The position numbers and the translations under genes are program-made. The notes under the pieces were generated by a model. It made no database searches. It was not told the origin of the DNA and saw only the letters and a program-made list of their open reading frames with translations. This document shows, piece after piece, positions 11,339-24,400 of a stretch of DNA of 64,000 nt. The DNA is from a virus: positions 89,003 to 153,002 of the IMG/VR virus record IMGVR_UViG_3300017917_003053. One strand, 5' to 3'. The stretch's first letter is position 1. The number at the start of each line of letters is the position of its first letter.

Positions 11339-12625
11339 TCAAGGTGATCTAAGAGCCAATCTCCAGTTCGACCCGTCATGTATAAATGATGCGGCTGGAT
11401 AGGATCCATCGAGAGTTGTTAATAATGGATCTAAAGTAGTAGAACCATTATATATATTAATCGAATAAGATGAGTCCGTATTGCGGATCATAAATTCAGC
11501 ACCTTCCGAAACATTTAATAGTAAGAACACATCTCTGCTTGTTCCACCCGGATTCAAAAACTGATATTTGTCTGAAGTAATACCAAGATTTAAGTTATCT
11601 GTCAAAGTTATTGTTGTTACTCTTACAGAAGCTGGAATAACGGTATTTGTGATAGTTATTGTATCTGTAGAATTGTTTGCGTCTATTGATATTCCTGGAC
11701 CAGCTTGAATATTCAATGTGTCTGTATTAGAATCGGCAGAAATAGTCACCCCACTAACAGCTACATTACTAAAAGCAACATTATTGGTGTTATCAGATGT
11801 TAATTTGACAATTCTATTAGAACTATTCAAACCTAGAGGAACAGCATTGGTTGTACTATCTGTTGGGCATTGATTTTCAATAATACCAGATACTTTAAAA
11901 ATACTATATGAATTATCCCATTTCAAACTATTAGATACATCAAATCTATTGGCTGATGAGTTATAGAAAAATACATTGCCTTCACTAGGAGTTAAAGTAG
12001 ATAAGTCTACTCCTATACCTCCCTTATTCACACCAACAGCCCCTGAGATTTTTACAGGTGGTAGACTATTGTCCGTAAGATTGGACATAAATGCTGTTGA
12101 TGTAATACCGTATACATTTTGATTTAAACTACTCCAGCCCATAATCTTAAATGATGATACGAAGCCAGTTGTCCAATCATTTACAGTTTGTATTCTAACA
12201 TCTCCACCAACATCTAGGGTTGCTAAGGCTTCTGTGGACTTATTAACATTTAATCTTCCTGTACTAGGATTCCAAGTTAAAGTATCATTGACAGCTTTTT
12301 CAATGGAATGATTACCGTTATTATTGTAATTAAAGTATATTAATGGTTTTGAATTGCCTACAGAAGGTGCTGTAACTCCATCAAAAGAATTATTTGTTCC
12401 GCCATATTTAGTTTTGAGAGCTTCTTCACTACTGCCGGGTAGTCCTAAACCGATGAATCTCCTAATTTCTCCATTACTTAATTTAATATATAATCTACCA
12501 TTATTGAATCCATTAGAAGCAGCACCTAATGTAGATGCATTAATAGCAATTTCTCCTTCTGTTATTTCAGAAGAAGATGGAGTTGTGTTGGTATTTAAGT
12601 TTGTTCTATGATAATATTTAGTCAT
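11339..12625 (-). CDS. Tail fibre-like protein (428 aa)
   Basis: N-terminal 'PSSSEITEGEIAIN...GRLYIK' resembles phage fibre N-termini; S/T/N-rich; C-terminal beta-domain. Confidence 0.6.
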   Translation of the reverse strand: MTKYYHRTNLNTNTTPSSSEITEGEIAINASTLGAASNGFNNGRLYIKLSNGEIRRFIGLGLPGSSEEALKTKYGGTNNSFDGVTAPSVGNSKPLIYFNYNNNGNHSIEKAVNDTLTWNPSTGRLNVNKSTEALATLDVGGDVRIQTVNDWTTGFVSSFKIMGWSSLNQNVYGITSTAFMSNLTDNSLPPVKISGAVGVNKGGIGVDLSTLTPSEGNVFFYNSSANRFDVSNSLKWDNSYSIFKVSGIIENQCPTDSTTNAVPLGLNSSNRIVKLTSDNTNNVAFSNVAVSGVTISADSNTDTLNIQAGPGISIDANNSTDTITITNTVIPASVRVTTITLTDNLNLGITSDKYQFLNPGGTSRDVFLLLNVSEGAEFMIRNTDSSYSINIYNGSTTLDPLLTTLDGSYPAASFIHDGSNWRLALRSP

Positions 12626-12636
12626 TTTAAAACCTT

Positions 12637-15408
12637 TTAACTATCTGATGTTCCTGAAAAAGCCCCATAGCCAGCCACCATAGTATTTGTATATGCCAAT
12701 TTATTAGTATTTGTATCAAATACAGTCATCTTGATTGTATTTACTGTAGTAGTAGTTGGATATGATGTAGCATATGTTTGTTCTGATAATATAGACTCTG
12801 ATACTCCTTGACTGATATATAATCCTGATGAAGTGATCGAGAATCTGTTTGGTGATGACGGACCACTATCATAGGATACTGTGAATCTATCATTGTTATA
12901 CTCTACATAATAATAAGCAGAACTAAATAGTCTAGTTGTTCCGGATACATGTAGGTTATAGTTTGGAGTAGTATTAATGCCGATTCTATTAAACTCACTA
13001 TCTGCTATAAACAGATTATCTGTACCAGATCCAAGTATATTAAATGCTTTACTTAGAGGAGCCTTATTATTGTTGATCAATACAGTACCTTGTCCTGTTG
13101 GAAATACTGTATTACTACTTCCTAAGTATAAACCACTATTTGCATTCCAATATACTCCAGTTGTTGATACTAGATTGGTTCCATCATAAACCAGCATTGC
13201 ATTATTTGTCATAGATGAAGACAGTTTAGCAAGATTATTGGGTATGATGGACGATGGAGTTACAAATGTTAAATAGCCATTTGGTTGATATGTGGCTATT
13301 GCTCCTGATACCGGAGCAGACGAAGTACCAGAATTAATAATAATATTTTGGACATATATATTATCTGTAGATAAAGTGCCGCTTACATCTAATGAGTATG
13401 ATCCAGGAATTTTGTTTAATCCAATGCCATTATTTCTAATAAAAATACCAGAATTTTTGGATGCCCCATAGATATCTATATTAGATAATAAACCAGAATT
13501 AACTACAATGTTTGTAGACGTAACAGCTAATGCTGGATTATTGATACCAATAACAATATTATTACCAGAAGTTGATAGATTTTGTCCTATTGCTATTCCA
13601 CTATTACCAAGAATAGTATTACTATTACCTACTGAAACTGAATAATTTCCATTGATGAGATCGTTATTACCTACACAGGTTGTGTTAACACCACTAATAA
13701 CATTAGAGTTACCTATTGATGTACTATAAATACCAGAAACTACAGATTGTAAACCTACTACAGTAGTCAAATCTTTAGCATTATTGTTCAGTCCTACTAT
13801 TGTTCCAGATGAACCCACAAAACTATTATTTGATCCTATGTTAGTGATATTTGTGCCGCTAACATATGTATTATGTCCTATATCAACCATATTGGTTCCG
13901 GACACATTAGATCCATTACCAAAAACAGATATGTTTGATCCAGTTACTGTATTTGTGCCTATAGTATAAAGTTGATTGCCAGATACAGTAGCAGAGTGTG
14001 CCGCTACTATATTTCCACTGCCAACAAGTCTACTAGAGTTACCAAGTACGATATTAGTGTTAGATGATGCTCCAGATATACTAGAATTATTTCCTCCGAT
14101 TAAATTATTGTATCCACTATTTATAACTCGATTACCAATTAGAATGTTATTGTTATCAGTGCTTTGTGTACCAAGACCTAAACTTATCTTAGTAGGATGA
14201 ACAGAAACAATGTTTGTAGATACGCCAGAAAGATCTACATTAAATAGTAGCTCTCCACTAGTACTATTGATAGTTGTGCCTAATATTCTACTCTTAATTT
14301 GAGCATAGTTTACTTGTTGGGCGTTGCTATTTCTACCAGCTAAATTAATAATGGCTGGATAGTCGCCAATTTCTGATCCGTTGGTAGAATTATGATATAG
14401 TGTGAGTTGTGTGCCGCTTGGACACTCAGAAGATGTTTCTAATCTTAGTGTTTCATTCGCACAGCGACCAACTAAATGTAAAATAGAGGAGGGGTTATTA
14501 GTATTAAGACCAAGGCGACCTGTTGATGCGTCATAATAAAGTTGATTGACAGTTCCCGTACCTTTTACTTGAAAATCAGCATTATAAGCTTGGTTATTAA
14601 TAACTATGTTTTGTCCAGAAATTGCTGGCAAAATTATATTGGCAGATGATACTGAGGAGCTTCCCACCAATAAGTTTTTGTTATCCCAATGAAGATTATT
14701 TGTTCCAGCAAAATCAACCTCGTTGAGTTTAAATTGTATATTTCCAGATGCTCCTGCTGGTAATCCAGCACTATCTACTTGAAGTTGATTATTCAGTTCA
14801 TACCAGCCTGATCCATCTGATACTATAGAGGTATATTTAGTCTCTGGAGTTAAAGTTAGAGTGGAAGAACCATCAATTAGTTGTGATCCAGATGCTGTTA
14901 TAACTATATCATTAGTAGAACTATTTAAAGATCTAAAAGATAGTATTAGGTTTTTGTTGCCAGACGCAGAAGGTAGATTGACCACCACGTTGGATCCACT
15001 GGCAACGATACCATATGTTGTTTGTACAGTATCTGCTGTGAATGTTGTATTTTTTAGTGTGAAATTATTACCACCATGATTTATTCTTTCTGCATCTATC
15101 ACAGCGGTCACACTTTTTGTACCTGTGCTTAAAGTGACCTTAGCATTATTATTAGAAGATTTATAAATAGTGGTTATGCTATCATATCCACCTCTAGCAA
15201 GAATAATCTGACCAGCATTATTGATAACCTTACCTAAACCATATTCCCATTCTTCAGCAGAACTGTGTCTTAAATAATATGGGACATACTTATCTAATAA
15301 ACTAGATAATGATGTATGATAAGCTAATGGTGATCCTAAAAGTAGATCATTTAATCCATCGCTACTGGTTGTATTGCCAACATTATTATCATAGTAATAT
15401 ACTGTCAT
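12637..15408 (-). CDS. Tail spike/fibre with beta-helix/YadA-like G-N-S repeats (923 aa)
   Basis: Repetitive 'xIGNxNxxSG' tract and 'GRLGLNTNNPS/RIGINTTP' fibre repeats; directly downstream of the TMP. Confidence 0.6.
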   Translation of the reverse strand: MTVYYYDNNVGNTTSSDGLNDLLLGSPLAYHTSLSSLLDKYVPYYLRHSSAEEWEYGLGKVINNAGQIILARGGYDSITTIYKSSNNNAKVTLSTGTKSVTAVIDAERINHGGNNFTLKNTTFTADTVQTTYGIVASGSNVVVNLPSASGNKNLILSFRSLNSSTNDIVITASGSQLIDGSSTLTLTPETKYTSIVSDGSGWYELNNQLQVDSAGLPAGASGNIQFKLNEVDFAGTNNLHWDNKNLLVGSSSVSSANIILPAISGQNIVINNQAYNADFQVKGTGTVNQLYYDASTGRLGLNTNNPSSILHLVGRCANETLRLETSSECPSGTQLTLYHNSTNGSEIGDYPAIINLAGRNSNAQQVNYAQIKSRILGTTINSTSGELLFNVDLSGVSTNIVSVHPTKISLGLGTQSTDNNNILIGNRVINSGYNNLIGGNNSSISGASSNTNIVLGNSSRLVGSGNIVAAHSATVSGNQLYTIGTNTVTGSNISVFGNGSNVSGTNMVDIGHNTYVSGTNITNIGSNNSFVGSSGTIVGLNNNAKDLTTVVGLQSVVSGIYSTSIGNSNVISGVNTTCVGNNDLINGNYSVSVGNSNTILGNSGIAIGQNLSTSGNNIVIGINNPALAVTSTNIVVNSGLLSNIDIYGASKNSGIFIRNNGIGLNKIPGSYSLDVSGTLSTDNIYVQNIIINSGTSSAPVSGAIATYQPNGYLTFVTPSSIIPNNLAKLSSSMTNNAMLVYDGTNLVSTTGVYWNANSGLYLGSSNTVFPTGQGTVLINNNKAPLSKAFNILGSGTDNLFIADSEFNRIGINTTPNYNLHVSGTTRLFSSAYYYVEYNNDRFTVSYDSGPSSPNRFSITSSGLYISQGVSESILSEQTYATSYPTTTTVNTIKMTVFDTNTNKLAYTNTMVAGYGAFSGTSDS

Positions 15409-15410
15409 AA

Positions 15411-18400
15411 TTAATACCCTTCGTTTTGTCTGCTCTTTTGATCAAATGCGTCTCTAATTGCTCTTTGAACCAGATTTCCTAATGGTCCATTCAGAACATC
15501 AGCAAGTACTGAAGCTCCATTAATTGTAACATTCACAGGAATTGGTGATGGAACCTCCAATGTTACAGTTGATGGTATAGCATTTTGCAGTTGTTCGATA
15601 AATCGGTCTAGTCTGTTACCAAGTGCCTCTATACTGACTGATGGATTGATCTGATTATTAGATACACCGTTTGTGCGAACCTGTGTTGGATCAGGACCGG
15701 TTTCAGAGAGATTGTTTAATTTTTTAACAGCATTCATAAATGCCAGATTAAGACTCTCTGCACCCTTCTTGAGAATATCCGATAAATAGGTCATATTTGA
15801 ATCTAAGGCAGATGTTCCCTGTGTACCATCGGCCAAATATGCTACTCCACCCTTAGAATAATAACCGTTATTGATAGACTGTAATAAACCTAAATGTTTT
15901 TGAGAAGCTTGTCTATTAACTACAAATTCTCCTGGGCTTAACATAGCTGGAACTGTGTCTGTTCCTTTTGGTTGATATGGAACTATTGTTCCACCATTAG
16001 CATAAATTGTTCCTCCGCGTTTTCTATATTGAGCAGGAGATAGGGTTGGGTTATTAAATCTTCTTATTTTTTCTTGTTCATATGATCGTTTTGCCTGATC
16101 TTTTTTATCTTGAGCTAAGAATGATGCTTCTTCTTTTCTCCAGTCTGCAAAAAACTTTAATTCATCTTGTGTAGGATTGGCTCCTTTTCTTCTGGCTTTT
16201 TCTTCTTCAAATCTTTTGCGAGCATCTTCTTTTGCCTTTTGAGCATCTTCTTTTTTCCAAATAGGATCCCAAGTTGATAATACCATCTTACTTTTTTGAT
16301 CGATATCTGCTTGATTTCTTCTTCTTTCCATCTCTTTATCATTTGCAACTCTTCTATCATTTAATGCTTTGTCTCTAGGAGTTTTGAAAGGAATATAACT
16401 GCCACCTTCGACATAAATTACACCTCCTTTATTAAAATAACTACGATCAGGCAAACTACTTGGATTAAGAGCATCAAATACGGTGCTAGAATCTCTTCTC
16501 AATCCTTCTGGAGGAGGACCATTTTCAAATTTTGTTCCATCCCATTTCACTCCATTTTTAATAGTTCCCCATACTCTATTTATAGCTGTTATTTCTTCTG
16601 TAGCTCGTTTATTTTGTACTCCAAGTACCTCGGCTGGTAATAATCTTGTATTCTTACCATACTGCATTTTACCATCTTGAGTATTAAAGGTTGGAGCCCC
16701 TCTACCCAAGCGTATTCCAAGACTGGTATTATTTTGAACTTGTCTTAAATAATTTTCTCGTTTTGTAGCTTTTCTGTATAGTTCACCAATATTAGCTCCT
16801 TGATTAATTTTTGAAAAAATATCTTTTACCTTTTCTCTATCATTCAACGTAGTGTTAAATGCATCAGGACCAAATAAATTAGGAGCTTCCATCATTTGAT
16901 CTTGTAATTCTGCAACTAGTTTTTCTCCAAAGTTTTTACTTTGTTCTTGACCAACTAAATAATTAATTTTAGGAATAATTCTATCAATTCCTGGTTTGTA
17001 CCCATTTACTTCCTCTTTAGCTCTTAAAGATGCTTCTCTAATATTTTGTACTCCAGAAATTTCTCCTACATAATCACCTCTGGGAGTTAAAATAACATAG
17101 TCGCCTGGTTGTGCTTTTTTAAATGCTCTGTTGAATCTTTGAGAAACAATAGATCTTTGGAAGTTAAGAGGACTTGGATCTACTCCTCCGAGTCTTCCTC
17201 CATCAGCATAATATCCCGAATTGATAGCTTGTAGCACACCTAAATTATCTTTAGTAGATTTTGCATTCACCACAAACTCACCGGGACTAAGCATAGCAGG
17301 AATAGTGTCTGTGCCTTTTGGTTGAAAATTAATATATTTTCCATCAGCAGCATATACTATACCACCAGTGCTCAAAGCTCTAGAACCTTTTATAGTTTCT
17401 GATAATCTATTGAGATTTCTGCCCAATGCAGAAAATTGTTGGTTATTAGTAGTTTGATTTTTATCAATAGATGTATCTAATGATGGAATCTGATTATTTT
17501 TAGTACTTAGAGTAGTACTATTTATAGTTTGAGATAATCCTTTAACGCTGTCTATTTTATTACTTAAAACAGTTTGGTTGATCAGGCCGCTTCTAGCCAT
17601 ATCTTGCTGTTTAGCTTTATCTGTTCGTTCTGATACTCCAGAAAGATCTGGTTGACCGCCAGCAGCAAGGTAATTAATTTTTCCTCCTCTGCTATTATTA
17701 ATTGCTGTTAATAAACTAAGATTATCTTTTGTAGATTTAGCATTAACAACAAATTCTCCTGGACTGAGCATGGCTGGTATAGTATCTGTTCCTTTGGGAA
17801 CAAAATTGACATACTTACCATTTGCAGCATAGACTAAACCACCAGTAGCAAAACCTCTACCTCCTCCGCCCTGTGGAGCAGCACCTAATCTGATTGCTAC
17901 ATCATTCATAGCCTTAACAAAAGCTTCTTGAGTTTTTGCTAAACTATCTAATATGCTTTTACCAACTTTTTCTAATAAATCTTTTTGAATATTTCTATCA
18001 TTTTCATTTTGCAGTCTAACTGCCTCTACCTGAGCATTTTTCAACTCGTCCATGCGAGCTTGTAAAGCCTTTAATACTGGATCATTCTTTGCTCTATCTT
18101 CTGGATTTTGTCTTAATGTTGCTAATAATTTTTGGAAGAAAGGATTTCTCTCTAGACCAGCGCCTTGAGCCCTTGCAAAATTTTCTAACAAGTCTGCTTT
18201 CATTACATCCAATTCTGGGCCGTCCACTCCAGCAATTTGAGTTAATTCGCCAAAGAGTCCTAAAGCTTTTTTGTTTTCATTGGCAAATGCTGTTTGAGCA
18301 TCGCTCATGGCTTCTTGAGCTGTCTTTCCTTGTTGAATAGCCTGTACATATGCTTGTTGTGCTACCTGGGATTGTTGAATAGTAGTAATTTGTCCACTTA

Positions 18401-21400
18401 ATGTACTATTTAATAAATTAAATGTTTGTGATAGTTCCATTAATTCTTGTGGTGTACTACCAACTAATTTCTCTGCAAATGCGCCAGATGCTTGTTTTTG
18501 TGATTCCAGTTGAGAAACTCGTTTTTGCATTTCTGATGTGACATCGCTAATGGCTCCCTCTAAAGCACCTGGGAGATTTTCTAACTCTTTGGTAGTTTTA
18601 TCTATGGTTGAATTAACTTTTGCAAGTTTTAATTGTAGATTAGCAACTTCTTTAGCTGCTGCTGGATTAACAGAAACTTCTGATGATTTTCTATCTATTT
18701 GAGCTTGTAGTGCTTGTTGTTCTTTTTGAGCACGAGATCTCATATTAGCTATATTTTGTGGAGTAAAATCTCCTTGATTCTGTATTCCTAATCTAGCTCT
18801 GTTTCCAGCAAAACGAGCATTGATCCTTTCGCCTATAGAGACTTTTTGACCTAATGCTTCTTTTGTAGATAAACCACTCTGAGCTTGCATTTCTATAAGT
18901 GCTGATGTTCTATCAGCCCTTCTCTGCTCAATTTCTACTACTCTTTCTGCTACCTTGCCTAATTCATCTAGATGCTTGGCTACATTTTCATTGTTCTTGA
19001 TAAGTAATTGTCCAGCTTGCTGTGCAGCTTTGTTTAATGGACCAGCAGCTTTATCTATTAATTCAGAAGGATCTATAGTAGTTCCAGCTTCATTTGCTTG
19101 TTTAACAGCTTCATCTACGGTATTTCTAACTCCAGCAACTAAAGTTTGTGCCATACTACTATTTGGCCCAAATGTAGCTAATATATTATTAGTTAAACTG
19201 CGAGTTACTGATCCTCCAATATCTTCATTACTACCTCCAGCATTGTATACTGCGTTTGCATCTCTATTGGCTTGTTCTGTTGCTCTCGCTCCAAATTCAG
19301 CAACTTTGCCTACTAGTTGTCCTGATGTACCCATTCTAGCAGCAGAATTTGTTATAGCCGCTTGTCTTTCTCCAGCAGAATAAGCATTTGGATTTTGTAA
19401 TACATTATTTGTTCTAGATAAAGTTGAACTAGTTAATGATGCTTTTCCACTAAAAATTTCATCAGCCTTATTGCCAATTTCACCTAATTCAAAACTGGAT
19501 CTATTTAATACTTCTTCCATAGCATTAAAAGATTTTTCTAAGCTAACAACAGCTTGCATCATTACTACAGAAAGTTTCTTAGAAGCTTCTGCTGCGGCTT
19601 TTGCTTGTGCGGCAGCGGATGCCTCAGCAAGGGATCTTTTAGCAATGCTTTCTGACATTACCGCTAATTCTTTATTGGTTTCTGCTTGTAAAGCGTCTGC
19701 TTCTGCTCCTCTTCCACTATCTCTTAATTTTTTAATTTCGTCTGCTCTTTGAATCTGGAATGTAGCATATCTTTCATCCGCTTCAGCAATATTAGATGTT
19801 AGCATCTTGAATTGATCAGGACTCATAGTTTTACTAACCTGATCAAAGGTTTTCCCAGTTCTCATCATTTCTTGAACTAAAAATTGTTGAGCTTGATCAG
19901 CTCCAGACTTTTGTGTATCTGCTCTTCGTTTTCCTGCGTCCATAGCAGTCTCGTCTGCATAGCCAAACATTTTACCAAATGTACTTGCTCTTTGTCTCTT
20001 TATTCCTGCTCCCGCTGAGGCTTCAGCAGATGATGCATCGCTGAAGGACTTAAGAAATGAGTTTCTTCCTGTAACGTTTCCAGGATTAGTCATATATGCT
20101 TGCAGAGCTTTACCGCTTTTATCTGTTGCTGTTTGAGATGCCGCTATCTTTTGACTCTGAGCGTATTCTTCATTAGCTTTTTCTGCTTCTCCAATACCCA
20201 TAACAAAACCAGCTAATGCTCCTGTTGCTGCTCCGATACCTGTGCCAAGAGGACCAAACATACTGCCAACAGTGGCTCCTATAGAAGCCATATTAGCAAC
20301 ACTACCTCCTATGGCCGCTGTTGATCGTCCTGCCTCTGTCTTTTCTCCTCCCATAGCCTTAGATATAGCATCAACGCCTAATCCTCCAACCATTGTGAGA
20401 GCCATACCAGCCATACCAAATCCACCACCTCCACCAGCACCGCCAGCCCCTCTGCCTCCAGAAGCAAATCTTCCTAAGCCAATAGCATTAAGTGCTCCTC
20501 CTCCTATACTGCTAATCAATCCTCCAGCACCTCTGCCAGCAGCCATAATGCTAGATTTACCAACTTGTAATAGGCCTGTTCCAGCATTTTTTGCAGCCTG
20601 TGTTAGCATCTGCAACGGATTAGTTGCACTTTTAAGACTTGCTGCAAATTGAAGTCCGGCATTAGACATATTAGAAACGCCAGATGTCATGCCCATAACA
20701 TTTGACCTACGATCAACAACATCTTGTCCTCTTTGATATTGTCCAACATTACTGGCTATTTGATCTATTCTGGCCTGACTAGCGGCAAAGCCTGTTGGCC
20801 CAACAGGACTTCTTACTGGTCTACTTTCTGTTGTTCCTGTGGCTAAGTTTGTTGGGCTTGGTGGTCCAACTGGAGGCGATGATCCAGCATTAGCAACTCT
20901 GACTTTTTTGCCTTGTCTACTTCCACCTCCTCCGGATTGTGCTAATGTAGCAGCTTCTGTAGCAGCAGCATTGATATCCGAGGCTCCTTTTTCTAATTTA
21001 GAAGTAAAGATTCTCATTGCTTTTAACATTTGGTCTGTTGGTAATCCACTTACCATAGACTCTAAAACATTGAAAGCATCAACATTATCCATGATGGCTT
21101 TACTGAGTTTTGCTGTGTCTTTTGGAGATAATCCACCCAAAGCTGGTGTTAGTTGAGCGGGAAAACCTCCAGCAGCAAACTTTTGTATGCCTCCAACACT
21201 ACCTCCCTTATTAAATCCTTGAATTTTATCTGCTCTATTTAATTGATGAAGTCTACTTGCTCCTATTCTGCTAGCAGCTTTTTTATTGATAACAAATTCA
21301 CCAGGAGTTAATAGTGCAGGAACAGTGTCCTGTCCTGATATTCCTCCTCCTGTTGCTTTTCTTTTTCTTGTTTTGGTTTTAACTGCTGGAACAAGATTAG

Positions 21401-24400
21401 GATTTTCAGCAAATAAAAATCTATCTACTTGATTCAAAAATTTAGGTATTCCCTTGCCTCTTTCACCCTTTTTACCGGTATCTCCTACTGTTCTTGTGGC
21501 ATCTGTTGGTATCATTGGAGGTATACCAAATAAAGATGCTAATTTAGTACTTAATCCTTGGCTAAAGTCAATAGCTTTAAATTCTTTAGATGAGTATGGA
21601 TTACCAGCTACTCCTATAGCACCCTCTAATGCTGCTCCGATTACTCCTTCTACGCCAGCATCTTTCATAATTTTTTCGATGACTGGGCCGGTCTGAGGAA
21701 CAGCACCAATCTGTTGTGCCATGCTTGATCCTACTCTAGAAATAGAATCTTGGAATCCTTTAATGATATCGTCTTCATATTGAGAACTAAAATTAGAAGG
21801 TAATACTCCACCCCATACTGTTACTTTATTACCTTTTGGAGTAATTTTTGGAGCACCAGCAACCGGAGTGCCGTATAATCCTACTAGTCCTACTGGGATA
21901 CCTGCTTGTTGTTCAGCGTCTAGGGGTACTTGAGAAGAATTTTTCTCTAATAATTTTTTAATTTCAAGTTTTTTAGCTTCTTTTTCTTCTTTAGACATGC
22001 TCCTAATTTTACTACTACTATATTGTTGTTTAAAAGCAGAATTAATTTTTCCTGCTGTCACACCACCACCATTAATAAATCTGGACACTCTGGATGCTCT
22101 CGGACCTTTTGATCTCATAGCATCATATGCCTCTTGTTTACTTCCTCCTCCTGTAAATATCATATTGCCAATTGGAATGCCGAATAATTCATTAATATAT
22201 TCTGCAAGTCCTGGGGTTCTTTTGGATTTACTAATAATACTTAAATTAGAAGGATTAACTTGTCCATCTTGAATAGATTTTTGAAGCATTCTACCAAACT
22301 GGGTAAGTCTGGCATTTTTTGCATCTTCTAGTCTATTGGTAGGATCTCTGAAGTATTTAGATAATACAGCATCTTTTTGTCCAGAAGTTTTAGCTTTACC
22401 ATATGCGGCATCTCCAACAGTACGTTTTAGGGTTCTATCAAAATCTAATGCACCATAGCCGCTAGCAAGAATTTTGTCTAAAGCTATTTTGTTTGGTAAC
22501 ATAGCTCCAGCAGCATTAGATGTTATATCATCTACTAATGGAGCATTTGCAAAACCACCTTTAGCAAATTGTTCAACATCCATCCATAAATTTTTATTAA
22601 CACCTAATTTAACGAATTTAGTTTTATCAACTCTAAATTTTGATCCTGGTCTTAGGATAAATTCATCTTCACTCTCTGGTGGATTTTGATATAATGTTTG
22701 TCCAGTAATATTGTCTTTTTTAATACCTCCTCTAACTGCTGTTCCTTTTAATTGCTCAACAACATCTACTCCTTTAGCTCCTTTTTTAGTCTTAATATTC
22801 ATCATAGCGGCCCAATTATCTTCAGATCTTTCTGCATTATCTAAAAATATTTTGGCTTTAGCAAAATCTTTACTTGTTGATACAAAACCTGGGAGACGAA
22901 AACTTTTACCAATAATTTTCATCGTTTCTTGAGAATAATATTTCTCTTGATCAAAAAAATTGGTTCCTTTTGGTATGGCTGGATTTTTATTTAATCCTGT
23001 CTGCATAGCCATCATATCAAATGCTGATCTAGAAATAGAACTATATAGTTGTTTTGGAGCAGATGTTCCTAGTGATCTTAGATCTTTTGTTTCTTTAGCT
23101 AGTTGACTTCTTTCAGTTTTAGACAGATCTTTCTTTCTAGAAAATCTAGTATTGTCGAAATCTCCACGATAATAATTTTGTAATGTATCTTTGGCTTGTC
23201 CTCCATTAGCATATCTGTTCATTCTATGAAGATTGCCTACACCGATAGCTTTTACAGCATTTTTTCTTATAACAAATTCCCCCGGAGTCAACATCGCTGG
23301 AAATGTATCAGAGTTACCTTCTCCTGGAACAACACCTCCAGTAGCAAAACCTCTAACAAATCCACCATTGTTTTGACGGCGTAAACCTCCTGCAAAGCCA
23401 GCACCAAAGCGAGTTAAAGCAGAGACTCCTCTAAAAGCTGCAATGGCAGTTAATGCTGGTAATACTGTCTTAGCGCTATCTGCTAATCTGATAAGAGCAC
23501 TGGCTAAATCTAAACTTAATCTAACGAATGTTTGAAAAGTAGCACTTTCTCCTAATGATCTGATTAGTGCTGTAAATTCTTCTCTAACTTTTGTGATTTG
23601 ATTTGCTAAACTTAATTGTGCTGTTGCAGCATCCTTGGCTAATGATCCTTGCCCTTGTTGTGCCACCTTCAATGCCGCCTGTGCTGTGGCGAATTGTTGG
23701 ATAAGAGGAATAACTTTACCAATCTGACGGAAACCACCAAGTTCTTCAACAATTTGACTGAATCTTAAATCTCGTGGATCTAATTTACTTAAACCATCAC
23801 TTAGTCTACGTACAGCTTCATACGGTCCAACGAATTTTCCTTCTAAATCAGTTAATGTTACTCCATATTGTTTTAGAGCATCTATAGTATCTTTTCTTTG
23901 AATACGAGTAAAAATAGTTCTTAAACCGGTAGCGATAGTTTCTGCACTTTCACGGGTTGTAGCACGAACACTTGTAAATACTGCCAAGAATTCATTTAAT
24001 GCATCTTTGCCTTCACTAACCCCTCTACTAGCTGTGGCAAACACACCACCAGTACGTTGAATAGCTGTAATTAAGTCACTAGCTTCTACAGCAAATTTTG
24101 CAGCAACAGCGTTAACACTACCTAAAGCATCTTCGAGTTGTCCTGCACTAATACCAAACTGTCTCATCAAAGCAATAGAACCTTCTACAGTATCTGATAA
24201 ACTATCGAATGATGGAGCTAGAGCACTTAATGCCAAAGCTTTAAGGGCTTTCTCTGTATCTTTGGCTGTTAAACCCGCCTGAGCTAATGTACTAGATACC
24301 GTAATTAAATCTTTAGAGGCTATGCCAAGGCCAGTAGAAAGACTAGTGATTTCTTTTACTAATGGACTTAACTGTGATAAACTAGAATCAGTAACTTGTG

